Shown: in pieces, positions 13,391 to 25,599 of the stretch
How positions within the stretch are numbered: the first letter of the stretch is position 1
Layout: each line of letters begins with the position of its first letter
Assembly: GCF_001194135.2 (NCBI RefSeq)
Contig: NC_068983.1
Span: 130,599,879 to 130,643,635, forward strand
Direction of reading: 5' to 3'
Origin: Octopus bimaculoides
Lineage: Eukaryota
DNA length: 43,757 nt
Position numbers and translations under genes: made by a program
Notes under the pieces: model-generated
What the model was told of the DNA's origin: nothing
Databases searched by the model: none
The model's input: only the letters and a program-made list of their open reading frames with translations

Positions 13391-13965
13391 ATATAATAGA
13401 GAAAGAGATGGGAGAGAAGTAGAATGAGTGTGCGTTTGCTTAGGTGCGTGTGCGTGAATGCCTATTTATATGTATGCTTAATGTTACAAGCTGAAGAATT
13501 TCATGTTGTTAACAAGTTTCAGATTTAATATTTCTAAACATAATCATAATTTCATGTTTACACATATATATTTTCTTTTTCCTGGCCTGCAACTGAATCA
13601 AAATATTTAACACATATATTCCAAAGTATGAATTTAAATAGTGTTATGTAACAGCAATTCCGAAATATTGATTGATCAGGACATGATATATTGTTATATC
13701 TGTTATTTTATAAATTAAATTAAAATGATCAAAACATGCATATATTTATATCTAAGTTGATAATATTTTCTATTTTTAATATGTAAATAAGTGTACGAAT
13801 AACTAGATTTCGCTTATTTCTAGTTATATAAGGATCATTTAGATAATGAATAACATGTAAGATTTGGCGAATGTCATGATGAAATAAATACGCTTCCTGA
13901 AATATCAAACTATATTATTTATAATCAACGAACATATCACATGTTCTTCATTCTCTTGGTCTCCC

Positions 13966-13967
<2 letters not shown>

Positions 13968-14035
<68 letters not shown>

Positions 14036-14040
14036 ATTTC
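13968..14040. repeat. (CT)n microsatellite
   Basis: Directly visible. Confidence 0.95.
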
Positions 14041-14552
14041 TTTGTTACTCTTCTCTGTTTCTTTAAAGAGACATATATGTACTCAGTACAAGAATTTGGA
14101 TGGATACACACACGCCCGCATGCGTACACACACACACATATATATACTTGAGCCTCTCTGTTCATATGTGTGTGTTTGTTTCCGTTTTTTTTTTTATTCT
14201 ATGCATGTACGTTCATTTGCTTGCGTACTTGTGTGCATTTCGATTTATTTTGTATCTAATAAAACAGTAAATAATATGCATATAGATTCATGTACAACTT
14301 TATAAATGTGTAGAATATGAAACTGTCCAGGATTTTAACATAAATCATAATATGCACCATATTTTTGGTCGTTTACTTCTCACCTTGCCTTCTGAATATG
14401 TAATATTATTCCAGGGTCTCTCTGATAATATCCTGCTCACATATAATTGTCACACTGTCTTTTCACCTTTTCACTACGCATCCTATAAAATATCAGTAAC
14501 AACAAAAACAACAATGATATCAATAATAATAATAACAATAATAATAATAATG

Positions 14553-14584
<32 letters not shown>

Positions 14585-14594
14585 CTTTAACGAT

Positions 14595-14930
14595 CTTTTA
14601 CTTGTTTCATTCATGTGACTGCGGCCATGCTGGAGCATCACCTTTAGTCAAGCAAATCGACATTTGGATTTATTATTTGTAAGCCAAGTATCTATTCTAT
14701 CAGTCTCTTTTGCCGAACCGCTAAGTTAAGGGAACGTAAACACACCAGCATATGTTGTCAAGCGATGTTGGGGGGGGGGGGCACAGACACAACAACTTAT
14801 ACACACATATACATATATATACGTATATACGACGGGCATCTTTCATGTTCTGTCTACCAAATCAACTCACTGAACCCGGAACCATGTGGTCGGTAAGGAA
14901 GCTACTTACTACGCAGCCACTCTTGCACCT
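14595..14930 (-). mobile_element. tRNA-derived SINE with internal microsatellite (same family as 37709-38145), with an internal deletion
   Basis: Shares 'gactgcggccatgctggagca...gccgaaccgctaagtta...gtaaacacaccagcat' and the head 'tgaacccggaaccatgtgg...gctacttac...cagccac' with other copies in this window. It lacks the 'gtagaaga...tgcccaag' segment seen at 38050-38080. Confidence 0.8.
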
Positions 14931-14937
14931 AATAAGG

Positions 14938-15175
14938 GTGATGATAATAATAATAATAATAATAATGATAATAATAATGATAATAATAATAATAATGGTA
15001 ATAATAATAATAACTAAAGAATAATAATAATAACTAAAGAATAATAATAATAATAATGATAATAAAAATAATTTAAAATGATAATAATAATAACGATAAT
15101 AAAAATAATTAAAGATAATAATAATAATAACAATAATAATAATGATAATAACAACAATAATAATAATATGTTGAT
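14938..15175. repeat. Imperfect (AAT)n array, probably the tail of the adjacent minus-strand LINE
   Basis: Directly visible. Confidence 0.95.
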
Positions 15176-15179
15176 AATA

Positions 15180-15500
15180 CCTAGAAGAAGGTGTTTCCTT
15201 TCCATTCGCCACAGACGGTGGATATTAGGCCAGGAGGATCTGATTATATAAGACGTTATCAAATGATCATCGGCTCTGTATACCCTAGCGGTAACGCCCT
15301 CACCTTGGTGTTCAGCATCTCCTCCTAACTTCCAGTTTAACTCCTCTCTGACAGTTCATAACCAGCAAGTGCTTCTCTCTGCTGCCTCTTGCATCCTGTT
15401 CACAGCCACCCTGCTTGCCTTTCTTCACATTCAAATAGCTATAAGCCTCTTCCATACTGATTGGGCAGGGAATCCTCTACAGCCAACTTCGACTGGGAAA
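15180..15500 (-). mobile_element. 3' end of a HERO/NeSL-like non-LTR retrotransposon (restriction-like endonuclease C-terminus)
   Basis: Minus frame FFPVEVGCRGFPAQSVWKRL...MQEAAERSTCWL. The PVEVGCRGF and AE.AS.W.W motifs are typical of this group. A short 3' UTR and a (TTA)n tail follow. Confidence 0.6.
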
Positions 15501-15504
15501 AACC

Positions 15505-15960
15505 ATGATTGTCATCCTCTTTCCAAGTAATCCTGCAGAGGTCTCTCGTAAATGTCACACTTCAGTATATACATGTGCCAATTTGTTGGAAGGGTCGGAA
15601 TTCCATTTCAGACAAGGACAAATATTCAAAATCAACTCTAACTTCATCTGCGCCTCCAAAAACCTCATTTACATAATCAGATGCTCGGGCTGCCATCGAA
15701 ATTATATTGGATCAACAGGAAATTCGATCCGAAACAGATGTACGGTCCACAGACAACAAATTTCCTCCCCATAATATCGCTAAATACGCCTCAGTCAACA
15801 CATTGACGAATGGGCAGAACGATTACAACCAGAATTCGTAATTTTCCAATCTTATCAACTTGCATTCTGTAAATCAACACAAGTAAGCCTGAATAAAGAA
15901 ATCTCTTTTTATCAAAAAATATAAATCAGAAATAGATATGAACACATACTAAAAATAAAG
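15505..15960 (+). mobile_element. Penelope-like element, GIY-YIG endonuclease 3' fragment
   Basis: FKINSNFICASKNLIYIIRCSGCHRNYIGSTGNSIRNRCTVHRQQI shows the GIY-YIG signature (IY..RC..C...YIG.T...R...H). Stops follow. Confidence 0.8.
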
Positions 15961-16104
15961 GACTAACCCTCATCTAATGTAAGATATAAGCTAGAATAAA
16001 GTAGTGAACATGAAAAAAAATTAATAAAATAAAATACAATTACAGATTTACCTCCCCTTTACTTCAGTTTCTTTATAGAAATATATAGTAATATATCTTT
16101 TTCA

Positions 16105-16145
16105 ACTCGCAGTTTGATGAGCAATGCGAAACTAGTCCTTACTCC
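16105..16145 (+). ncRNA. Degenerate minimal type I hammerhead-like motif downstream of the Penelope GIY-YIG
   Basis: TTGATGA-gcaatgc-GAAA-C-ta-G-TC: C3 is replaced by U, stem II is palindromic (GCA/TGC) and stem III is palindromic (CTAG) with a GUC site. Stem I pairs poorly. Confidence 0.35.
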
Positions 16146-16596
16146 AATTATGTTGAAAGAACAAAACCTTATTTTATAGAAAATTATATATCTTTATTAT
16201 CATGGCTCTAATATAATCTTAAAACCGGTAAAAGTAATGTGTGTTTTTTTCAACTTTTATATATATATATATATATATATATGGACTCTACCGTAGGTTT
16301 CGACGTATCGGGATCCGACAACCTACACTTTCATTTGCAGTTATAATGATTATGTCAAATGTGACAATTGAGTCCCACTGACGACTTGAAAATGTGCCCC
16401 GCCCACAGAGTTGCAAGTAAGGAGACTGCCAGGCAGTGCAGGTGGTATGCAAACACTTTTATCGGTTATCTTGCACTCCTAAGACTCTTAATGCTCAAAA
16501 TGAAAGAAAGTCCCTTGCACCATTTCACACAACGGTTTCCATTATTTTCGCTCCAAGGCTGTTTGCCCAAATGTGCTGTGAGATATACTGACTACT

Positions 16597-16930
16597 GTGT
16601 GTCTTCCACATGTTGAAAATAAACGTCTCTATCTACTTCATTTTGGTAATATTTAAAGGATTGATGCCACGCCTCCAGAAATTAAAGAAACAATAAGACG
16701 AGATGTTGAAATATTGTTCATTCGATAACAGTCGCACTCTTCTTATTATTTCTTTAATTTCTGCAGGAGTAGCATCAATCCTTTAAATATTACCAAAATG
16801 AAGTAGATTGAGATGTTTATTCTGAACTTGTGGAAGACACACGAGATGTCGAAATATTGCTCGTTCGGTAACAGTCTCACCTTTCGTATTGTTTCTTTAA
16901 TTTCTGGAGGTGTAGCACCAATCCTTTAAA

Positions 16931-16932
<2 letters not shown>
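16597..16932. repeat. ~102-bp inverted repeat (16597-16698 / 16741-16842, 42-nt spacer) plus a direct copy of spacer and part-arm (16841-16932)
   Basis: Aligned by eye. A 37-bp core (16631-16667) is the exact reverse complement of 16772-16808, and the remaining arm has scattered mismatches. Confidence 0.9.
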
Positions 16933-17002
<70 letters not shown>

Positions 17003-17200
17003 TATTATCATTGCGTCGGAGATCAATGTATGCCATCAAAGTGACACTGGAGTACAAATATACCAAGCACACTATACCCATCATGACTACCCGTCTCATA
17101 AGGGTACACTAGGCACATGCATCACAGCCATATATGCGTGACATGGTGATCTTATATGAAGATAAGCAGCGCATGTTTTAGCATGTAAAGCCCAGTTAGA
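16933..17200 (-). mobile_element. SINE/LINE 3' end with (AAT)n tail
   Basis: Minus strand 'gatgcatgtgcctagtgtacccttatgagacgggtagtcatgatgggtat...ccagtgtcactttgatggcat' followed by (aat)n. It resembles a common octopus repeat as I recall it. Confidence 0.5.
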
Positions 17201-17241
17201 ATTTTCGTGAGGTCAAGTAACCAATCTGCAAAAAACGTCCT

Positions 17242-18033
17242 NNNNNNNNNNNNNNNNNNNNNNNNNNNNNNNNNNNNNNNNNNNNNNNNNNNNNNNNNNN
17301 NNNNNNNNNNNNNNNNNNNNNNNNNNNNNNNNNNNNNNNNNNNNNNNNNNNNNNNNNNNNNNNNNNNNNNNNNNNNNNNNNNNNNNNNNNNNNNNNNNNN
17401 NNNNNNNNNNNNNNNNNNNNNNNNNNNNNNNNNNNNNNNNNNNNNNNNNNNNNNNNNNNNNNNNNNNNNNNNNNNNNNNNNNNNNNNNNNNNNNNNNNNN
17501 NNNNNNNNNNNNNNNNNNNNNNNNNNNNNNNNNNNNNNNNNNNNNNNNNNNNNNNNNNNNNNNNNNNNNNNNNNNNNNNNNNNNNNNNNNNNNNNNNNNN
17601 NNNNNNNNNNNNNNNNNNNNNNNNNNNNNNNNNNNNNNNNNNNNNNNNNNNNNNNNNNNNNNNNNNNNNNNNNNNNNNNNNNNNNNNNNNNNNNNNNNNN
17701 NNNNNNNNNNNNNNNNNNNNNNNNNNNNNNNNNNNNNNNNNNNNNNNNNNNNNNNNNNNNNNNNNNNNNNNNNNNNNNNNNNNNNNNNNNNNNNNNNNNN
17801 NNNNNNNNNNNNNNNNNNNNNNNNNNNNNNNNNNNNNNNNNNNNNNNNNNNNNNNNNNNNNNNNNNNNNNNNNNNNNNNNNNNNNNNNNNNNNNNNNNNN
17901 NNNNNNNNNNNNNNNNNNNNNNNNNNNNNNNNNNNNNNNNNNNNNNNNNNNNNNNNNNNNNNNNNNNNNNNNNNNNNNNNNNNNNNNNNNNNNNNNNNNN
18001 NNNNNNNNNNNNNNNNNNNNNNNNNNNNNNNNN
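17242..18033. other. Assembly gap followed by (TACA)n
   Basis: N run. The spanning ORFs are artefacts. Confidence 1.
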
Positions 18034-18075
18034 TATACATACATACATACATACATACATACATACATACATACA

Positions 18076-18128
<53 letters not shown>

Positions 18129-18520
18129 AGTTATATTAAGTATAGTTGTGTGCGTGTGAGTGTGGATGGATTTATATGTAAATGACGTGAATCAATGCGT
18201 ATGTCAATATGCAAAAGAAGAAGGAAATTTAGAAATTGTATAGCAGGTATGATAAAATAAAATAGAACTTCTTATGATATACAGATAAGAGATAGAACAA
18301 ACATTTCTGGTGTGCAGATTATGATATCTGCCAAACAATGGAGTTTAACAGTCGTAGCCTTTACTTATTGAGCTCGTGACTATACAATGAACTGATTCAT
18401 TATGATGTATGATGAGGTAAGACAAGTTAAAATAACTGTGTATGTGCATTTTAAAACGCTTTCTTCGATGTTCCAAAATCTACGAATTTAATTCTGTTTT
18501 ATATATATATATATATATAT

Positions 18521-18952
18521 NNNNNNNNNNNNNNNNNNNNNNNNNNNNNNNNNNNNNNNNNNNNNNNNNNNNNNNNNNNNNNNNNNNNNNNNNNNNNNNN
18601 NNNNNNNNNNNNNNNNNNNNNNNNNNNNNNNNNNNNNNNNNNNNNNNNNNNNNNNNNNNNNNNNNNNNNNNNNNNNNNNNNNNNNNNNNNNNNNNNNNNN
18701 NNNNNNNNNNNNNNNNNNNNNNNNNNNNNNNNNNNNNNNNNNNNNNNNNNNNNNNNNNNNNNNNNNNNNNNNNNNNNNNNNNNNNNNNNNNNNNNNNNNN
18801 NNNNNNNNNNNNNNNNNNNNNNNNNNNNNNNNNNNNNNNNNNNNNNNNNNNNNNNNNNNNNNNNNNNNNNNNNNNNNNNNNNNNNNNNNNNNNNNNNNNN
18901 NNNNNNNNNNNNNNNNNNNNNNNNNNNNNNNNNNNNNNNNNNNNNNNNNNNN
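18521..18952. other. Assembly gap inside (AT)n
   Basis: N run. Confidence 1.
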
Positions 18953-21439
18953 TATATATATATATATATGTATAGACGCACACATGCATCGACAGATACA
19001 TACTGTCAGATGATGGTTTAGCTGGTGGAAATTTCGAAGTCACTCTCAATACTATATTTCTCGATGAATAAAAAATAAGTGTGTGCTTTACAAAAGTATG
19101 GAATCACCATTCAGATTAATATAAAATTGCTGTTATTATATATACACGTATTTGTATTTATTTATATATACATATTTAAAAATGAAATCACCATATATTC
19201 TCTGTGAATTTTCAACTGTAAGTTCATTTTCTCTGCCCTACTACTTGTTGGGATTAATAACAGTTTGTGTGTATGTGTACATATATATATATGTGCGTGT
19301 ATGTGTGTGTACGTCTTTATTAATGTGTGTGCGCGTGTGTCGGCGTGCATAAGTGTGTGTGTGTGTGTGTGTGTGCAAATATATTTTCAGTTGAGTATGT
19401 TGCATCATACTATTGGCAGTGAAGTGCGTAGCTAGTTGAAAAGAAGGCAGTATGGACTTCCAATGAATTATTTAATCAACTTCAATAAATGATAGAATTT
19501 TATTCCTACGCCATTGCTAGCAAAGGGGAAATAAACATGTATATAAATAACGGTGTTGATGCATTTTTCCTGTTCCTTGCTTAAACTATTTCTGATGTGC
19601 GGTTTGTATATCACATGGCGTACAACTAATGTTGATGATATGCTTACTTATATCGGTTCCAGACAATGAACATAAAATCGTTACATTAAGAATAATAGCA
19701 TTAAATAAATGAATCTAACGTTTATCAAATCTATTGTAATTCCAATATGTTATTGCATTTACCGTCGTTACGGAAAGTAAATTCTTTATACCATAGCATG
19801 GTAATATGTACCGTTATAAACAAACTGCAAGTAGTAGAATTAAGAACGACACCTTGACTGGATGTTTCCCCTTACGATAATATATTGCTATTTTCTATAA
19901 CACCTTTGATATTACAGGCAGTACATCTGGTTTTCCTTTACAAAATTAGAATGTATTGCTTCCATGGAAACATTGAATTTAAAGACACAATTGCACGTCT
20001 CTTGTATCGCACATACTATAGGAAGTAAACTTATTATAGATTGATAATGAAATTACTGAAATGTATATTTAAAAAAATATAATCTACGTATTTTTTTCTT
20101 TCCTGATCTGCATTCTTTAATTTGTACTTGTTGCTTAAAATAAAAATGAATGGCAAAAAACCCGCTGAAAAACATTTAGAAATACAGAGAAAGTATATTA
20201 TAATCAGCTACACATTTTGATGTATTACTGGCTCAAAGTTGAATTAGTTGCTCACCTTTAGACTCAAAGTTAGCTTATCTTGTCTATCACTGTCGTTCAT
20301 GTCGTCGCCGCTGCGCTTGCATTTTTATTTAATATTATTTTGTTTTTATCTTTACCACATTCAACATTTGTTTGTTATTGATTATATTTAGATTAATAGA
20401 AAGTCTTATAGAAGCAATAATTTCATTATGCCGAGTCACAGCCTTTTCTTTGTTAGATGTTGTTTTTCCTACCTGTTGCTGATTTTATAATATATCTTTT
20501 CTTTCGTTAATTTCATTTTCCTTCTTTGTATATTCCATTGTATAGTATTTGTCGGTGAAAATAGAAGCAAAGGAAAGATGCAGCAGACTATTTCTAAGAA
20601 GTAATGCTATGAATATCCTTTGATCACGGCGATGAATATCATTTCATTTATTATTTATTTTATCAGTCGTAGTAATCGTAAGTGAAATTTTGTTTTTTAG
20701 GGGCAAGTTACTACTAAAAACAATATCCTAAAGTCTGCTACTCCTGATTCAATCGCTGCTTTATATAAGAGAGTAAAAAAAGTATCGAGTTCTATTGATC
20801 GTATTTTTAGGCCATGTTTTCAATATTGATTCATAATTTTTATTACACAGAATATTATCAAACGTAATATTATTCAATTAGAAATCATACAATTGTATAT
20901 TTCAGTTGTTTTTACTGCTTTTGTGTTTCCATATAGGACTGTAAACTTCACCACACTGTTTCAGCCATTCGTTTTACAATCTCGGCGTAACGATATTTTT
21001 GCATTTGTTTGAAGTCGTAAAAATTTTAACTAACTATATAATTATCTTTCTATCGCACTATCTATCTCTCGTTCCCAAACAGAGTGATATTTATAATGCA
21101 TTTTGGGGCGCAATCAGATTACGCTATAAAGTATATATTCCTCTCTTTCCTTTTCTCTCTCCCTCCCCTTCCCCGTTTCACCCTTCTTCTCCACTACATC
21201 TCTCCCGTATCTAATTTATTCGGGTAATTGCCATCCGTCTCGCTGCCGCCGCCATGACCGAATGCGTGAAATCAAATAACATCTGAATGAGTGAATTATG
21301 GTCAACATCCAGGAAGTCTGGACCTCGGCGACTAAACTAAACTGGCTACTCCACAGAACATGCTCTGTGATGTGGATGTTTTTTCTTTCTATTCAGTCAC
21401 ACTGCAGGATGAAAAACAACACCCGTTAAAGGGCGGGTG

Positions 21440-22300
21440 AACTCTGGATGGTCGGCAGCCATAGAACTAGTATTTCTTCATTAGAAATGCTGCCAATGCA
21501 GCCATTACGGTTAGGGTGCAAGTAATTATAATAATGAATACTCTGATAGCAAAAACGGCAGGGAACATTTTAATAGAGAAAAGGTTTACCAAGGCGGTAG
21601 GAGAGACTCCTTTAATTTGTCTCGTAACCACCAAAAGATGGCGTCCAAAGGATAACAACAATGGTGATTAAAACTTATCATCACAGTTTTCTTTATATGT
21701 ATAATGCCAAACAAAGATTATCGCAGCTATGTTCACTTAATCTAAATCACGAGTGAAAATCTCTTGCGCGGCAAGTGCTCAACCGTGCAACATAGTGGCC
21801 TGGTCATTATTCAAATACTTCTAGATTAGCACAAGATGTAGTTAAAACAACAGCTGAACGGTAATGGAATGCTATTACAGAAAGGAACCTATCAAAATAA
21901 GTTGCAGAAATGTTATAGACCAGAAAAATCTAATCTTGGAAATACAATGGCTATCCTCATTGAAAATGGAGATCTTTACAAGAGTGAAAGAACCTGGACT
22001 TGCCTATGCTGAGCACGAAGATAATCAATCAGAGCAACAACAGGGACTAGTATTGGGGCTGATAAGCCCTGACAAAATAAGCAGCTGCCCAGACGTGGAA
22101 GGAAAGTGTGTTTCAGAAGAAAGAAAAGAAACTTGCTACAAGCACCTAAATGATATACAAAAGATTGAAAGGAAGGAGTAACCAGCTCTGAGTGAAATCG
22201 AAAGTGAAAAATAACTAAGTATTGAAAAAGATAGAGAAGCTGTTAACTAAATTCATGTTTGAAAATATAACGCGTTTTCGTAACCTTATATACTGCGCAC

Positions 22301-22332
<32 letters not shown>

Positions 22333-22357
22333 ACTCTCTCTCTCTCTCGCTCTCTCG

Positions 22358-22436
<79 letters not shown>

Positions 22437-23250
22437 TGTAAATTCTTGTGGTTAAAAGCCAAAAGAAAACAAAAGACAGACTGGTGAGAATGAAGAATTG
22501 AGAACTAAACTAAAGACTTCAAGATAAATATTTCGGTAGCTACATGGAATCATAGAAAAGAGGAGGTTGAGCGAAAGGCAAAAGAAGGAACTGCAAAGAA
22601 ATTACATGAGGCACAAAGAACTGCAGGTAGTTAAATAAATGTTGAGGGAAAAATTCAAAACAGTGTAAGTTAAAACAATATACTTGATGCCAACAGAAAA
22701 CAAGTCAGTGCTGGAAGAATAGACTCCTAAAAAGCAACGACTGAAAATTCAATAAATAACTGAACTATGAGGAGATGCATTATGTAAGTGATATGCCGGA
22801 TGCTGATGCAGTAAGAAAATGCTGGACAGAAATCTGGAGTAATGTAGTCCAAAAGTAAAATGGTTGCGAGAATTTAAAAGAGAAAAGGAGACTGAGTGAA
22901 ACAAGTAAATTTTACAACTGCAATTAAGAAAGTGAAAGGGATGATCGAGAAAGTATCGAAATGGAAAGATCCCGGATTGGATAGTGTTCAGGATTTTGGT
23001 TCAACAATTTCTCATGTACATACAGAGATATACGAGACTTTATTTACTGACTACATTATTAAGTAATGCTAATATAGATGACAAAATGAAGGAGAGTGCT
23101 GATACAGAGAACAAAAAAAAAATAGAAAGGTGATGCCAAACATTATAAACAGTAGGAGAATTCAAGTGGGGATGTAAAGACAATAGTACACACATATGGA
23201 AAGAAATGGAATTACATAACCAGTTTATGCAACAATCCGAAAATGTAGGA
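21440..23250 (+). mobile_element. Degenerate 5' half of an R4/Dong-clade LINE, interrupted by (CT)n at 22299-22432
   Basis: MECYYRKEP...VIDQKNLILEIQWLS resembles the Dong N-terminus (MECYY.S.P...DQ...I.K..WLS). 'cagaaatctggagt' corresponds to FW..IW, and KWKDPGLDSVQ to WKAPGPD.VQ at the RT start. Confidence 0.7.
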
Positions 23251-23559
23251 AGTACAGAAGGCTGGCCCAGGCTAATGGACTGACAGCTGAAACGTTGTTC
23301 TTTTCGATGTACGGGTAGTGTACTGCTGTGAAATAACAGTGTAGGATGAAAAATATTATTCTCGTGTCCATTTATGGTATTTTACTTTAATTTGAGGAGT
23401 AACGTCCGGCCCTTTATTTTGATGGTCATAATTTTCGTAGGGTACCGGTCCATCCATTTCTGTGTTAAAGTGTTTTGCACTTGTAATGTTTCGTACATTT
23501 TGTGTAATTAGTTTAAACTACGTACTTCCAGTTTGTTATCCCTATTTTTCGTTATTTTC

Positions 23560-23665
23560 TCTGTGTGTGTGTGTGTGTGCGTGTGCTTGTGTGTGCGCGT
23601 GTGTGTATCTGTGTGTGAGTAGTTGTGTATGTGTACGTGTGTGTGTGTGTGTACGTTTGTGTTTA
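23560..23665. repeat. Imperfect (GT)n
   Basis: Directly visible. Confidence 0.9.
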
Positions 23666-23879
23666 TGAAGGTCGGGGACGGAATCGGTCTGTTTTTAGTT
23701 TGAACCATTACATGAGTTGTGCGAGTGAAAGAGATGGAGTACAGTTAGAATGCATTATTTCATTTGGAACATAGAAATTTGAATGAGTATTACTTCCTTG
23801 GGTATAGTCCAACATTTTGTCGGTTATTTTAGTTTCCATTTATTGATTCTGTTCCCGATGCTTGTCCGCTGGAAGTATT

Positions 23880-25240
23880 ATGATGGAATCATAATAATTC
23901 TAGCGGACAAGAGAAATGCTGCAGTCGTGATGAACAAGTCTGACTCCTCGGAAAAATTGGCAACTCTTGGTAGCTACAGCAAAGTCATGGTAGCTACAGG
24001 AAAGAAGAGAAAGACCCAACTCTGAAAACTGAGAGTAAGTTGTCACATATCTTGATCAAGAACAAAGATCACTTTATACCAATGAAGTATATACAACTGA
24101 CTCAACACCACAGTTAACTACTACATATGTACAGTTTCCCTAAGTTTCACAAGGATGGTATTCCATTAATACCTTTCGTGAGCTGTAGAGGTTCCGCCGC
24201 TTCCTTGTGGATATAATCAGCCCATTAGCAGGAAAGTCAACATCGTACGTGAAGAATTCCACCCACTTCACAGAATTCATCAAGAATATCTCCATTGAAT
24301 CCAGCCATATGGTGAGTCTACATGTGATAAGTCTGTTCACGAAAGTTCCAACTGCTGAAGCGCTATCGGTGATACAAGAAAAATTTGTGACAGACACCCA
24401 TCTAAAAGAACGCACTAGTATACCAATAAGAAACTTGATGGAAATTTTGACCTTCTGTGTACAAACTACCTACTTCAGTATGGACACTGATATATATCGA
24501 TAACAAAAGGGTTTAGCGATGGGTTGGCCATTATCACCGGCAACAGCCAATATATACATGGAATACTTTGCGAATTTGGCTTTAAGATCAACACCACTAA
24601 AACCAACGCTATAGCTACGGTATGTTGATGATATCTTTATACTCTGGCCCCACCAGGAAGATGTCAAAGTGCTGTTAGATCATGTGAACTCAATAAAGCC
24701 ATCCATGCATTTCACAATGGAAAGGGATAAATATAATCAGCTGGTATTTCTGGACGTATTAATAACACGCACCAAATATGGATTCAGGACATCTGTATAC
24801 TGCAAGTCGACTTTTACTGGACGATACCTCAACTTCAATTCCCACCATCCATACATTGTAAAGAGAGGGATTGCTCAGTGCCTAAAAAATCGTGCAAAGA
24901 ATATAATTAAGCGATTGTGATACACACCACGAAAAAATGAGCAATCTCAATAACGAACGGTTAAGCAACAACTACCCCAAAAGTATATTATCCACTCCAA
25001 TTGTGAAGAAGAGAGAGGATGAGGCCAATAAACTGTCTACAGTCTGTCTACTCTCTGTGAAAGACCTTTTCGAAAAGACACAAAAGCTATGCAGCCATAC
25101 GACACCAGGACAGTAGTGAAGAGTAATACAACACTTCGCAAATAACTCTTTCGGGCAGAACCGCAAAAACGGCGTGTACTCCATCCCATGCAGCTGTGGT
25201 AGATTATACAATGGCGAAACATACCGCTGAAAATATGCAC
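23880..25240 (+). mobile_element. Penelope-like element: pseudogenised RT plus start of GIY-YIG
   Basis: IIILADKRNAAVVMNKSD; PKFHKDGIP; SYVKNSTHF; VISLFTKVP; KGLAMGWPLSPATANIYME; RYVDDIF; FTMERDKYNQLVFLDV; TGRYLNFNSHHP; GVYSIPCSCGRLYNGE. Several stops, frameshifts and deletions are present. Confidence 0.9.
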
Positions 25241-25599
25241 TTGATAACTAACTTGAGAAGATGTGTTGAATACGGAATCCGTTATTGTGGTTCTTTTGAA
25301 GTGAGAGAGTCAACTTCTGCCGAGACCGTTTTCCTTTGTGCGTATTCCATACTTATATTATCTCCGTTATAAGTATTTCAAATATTTCATCCACTACGAA
25401 CAAAATTCAAGAGACAAATAAGATATTTTAATGACAAGACACGACGAAATGAAATAAATATAATAACGTTTTCATTGACGATCAGAATTCGAAATGTTAT
25501 AATGTTATATAAGTGCACCAACACATAACAGATGCAGGAAGTAAGAAGCATATGTGATACCAAGTACAAAACACAAATAAATATTTAGAGAGAATCGAA

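Noticed and set aside
14752-15262. Poly-Ile and poly-Leu ORFs that look like membrane proteins
   Set aside because: They are translations of the (AAT)n array.
16378-16400. CTGACGA-ctt-GAAA
   Set aside because: Stem II cannot form, and no UH site or stem I is present.
19007-19045. CAGATGA...GAAA-TTTCGAA-GTC hammerhead-like string
   Set aside because: U4 is mutated, stem II does not pair, and stem I has only 2 bp.
20666-20700. Apparent 11-nt micro-exon (ttttatcag|TCGTAGTAATC|gtaagt)
   Set aside because: The next AG is only 23 nt away, there are no supporting exons, and such motifs are common in AT-rich DNA.
23278-23305. CTGACAGCTGAAACGTT upstream of the Penelope RT
   Set aside because: The core lacks G8-A9, and stems I and II are absent.
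25296-25332. TTGAAGTG...GCCGAGACCGTT just after the Penelope endonuclease fragment
   Set aside because: The position fits a pseudo-LTR ribozyme, but there are too many core mismatches to support a call.
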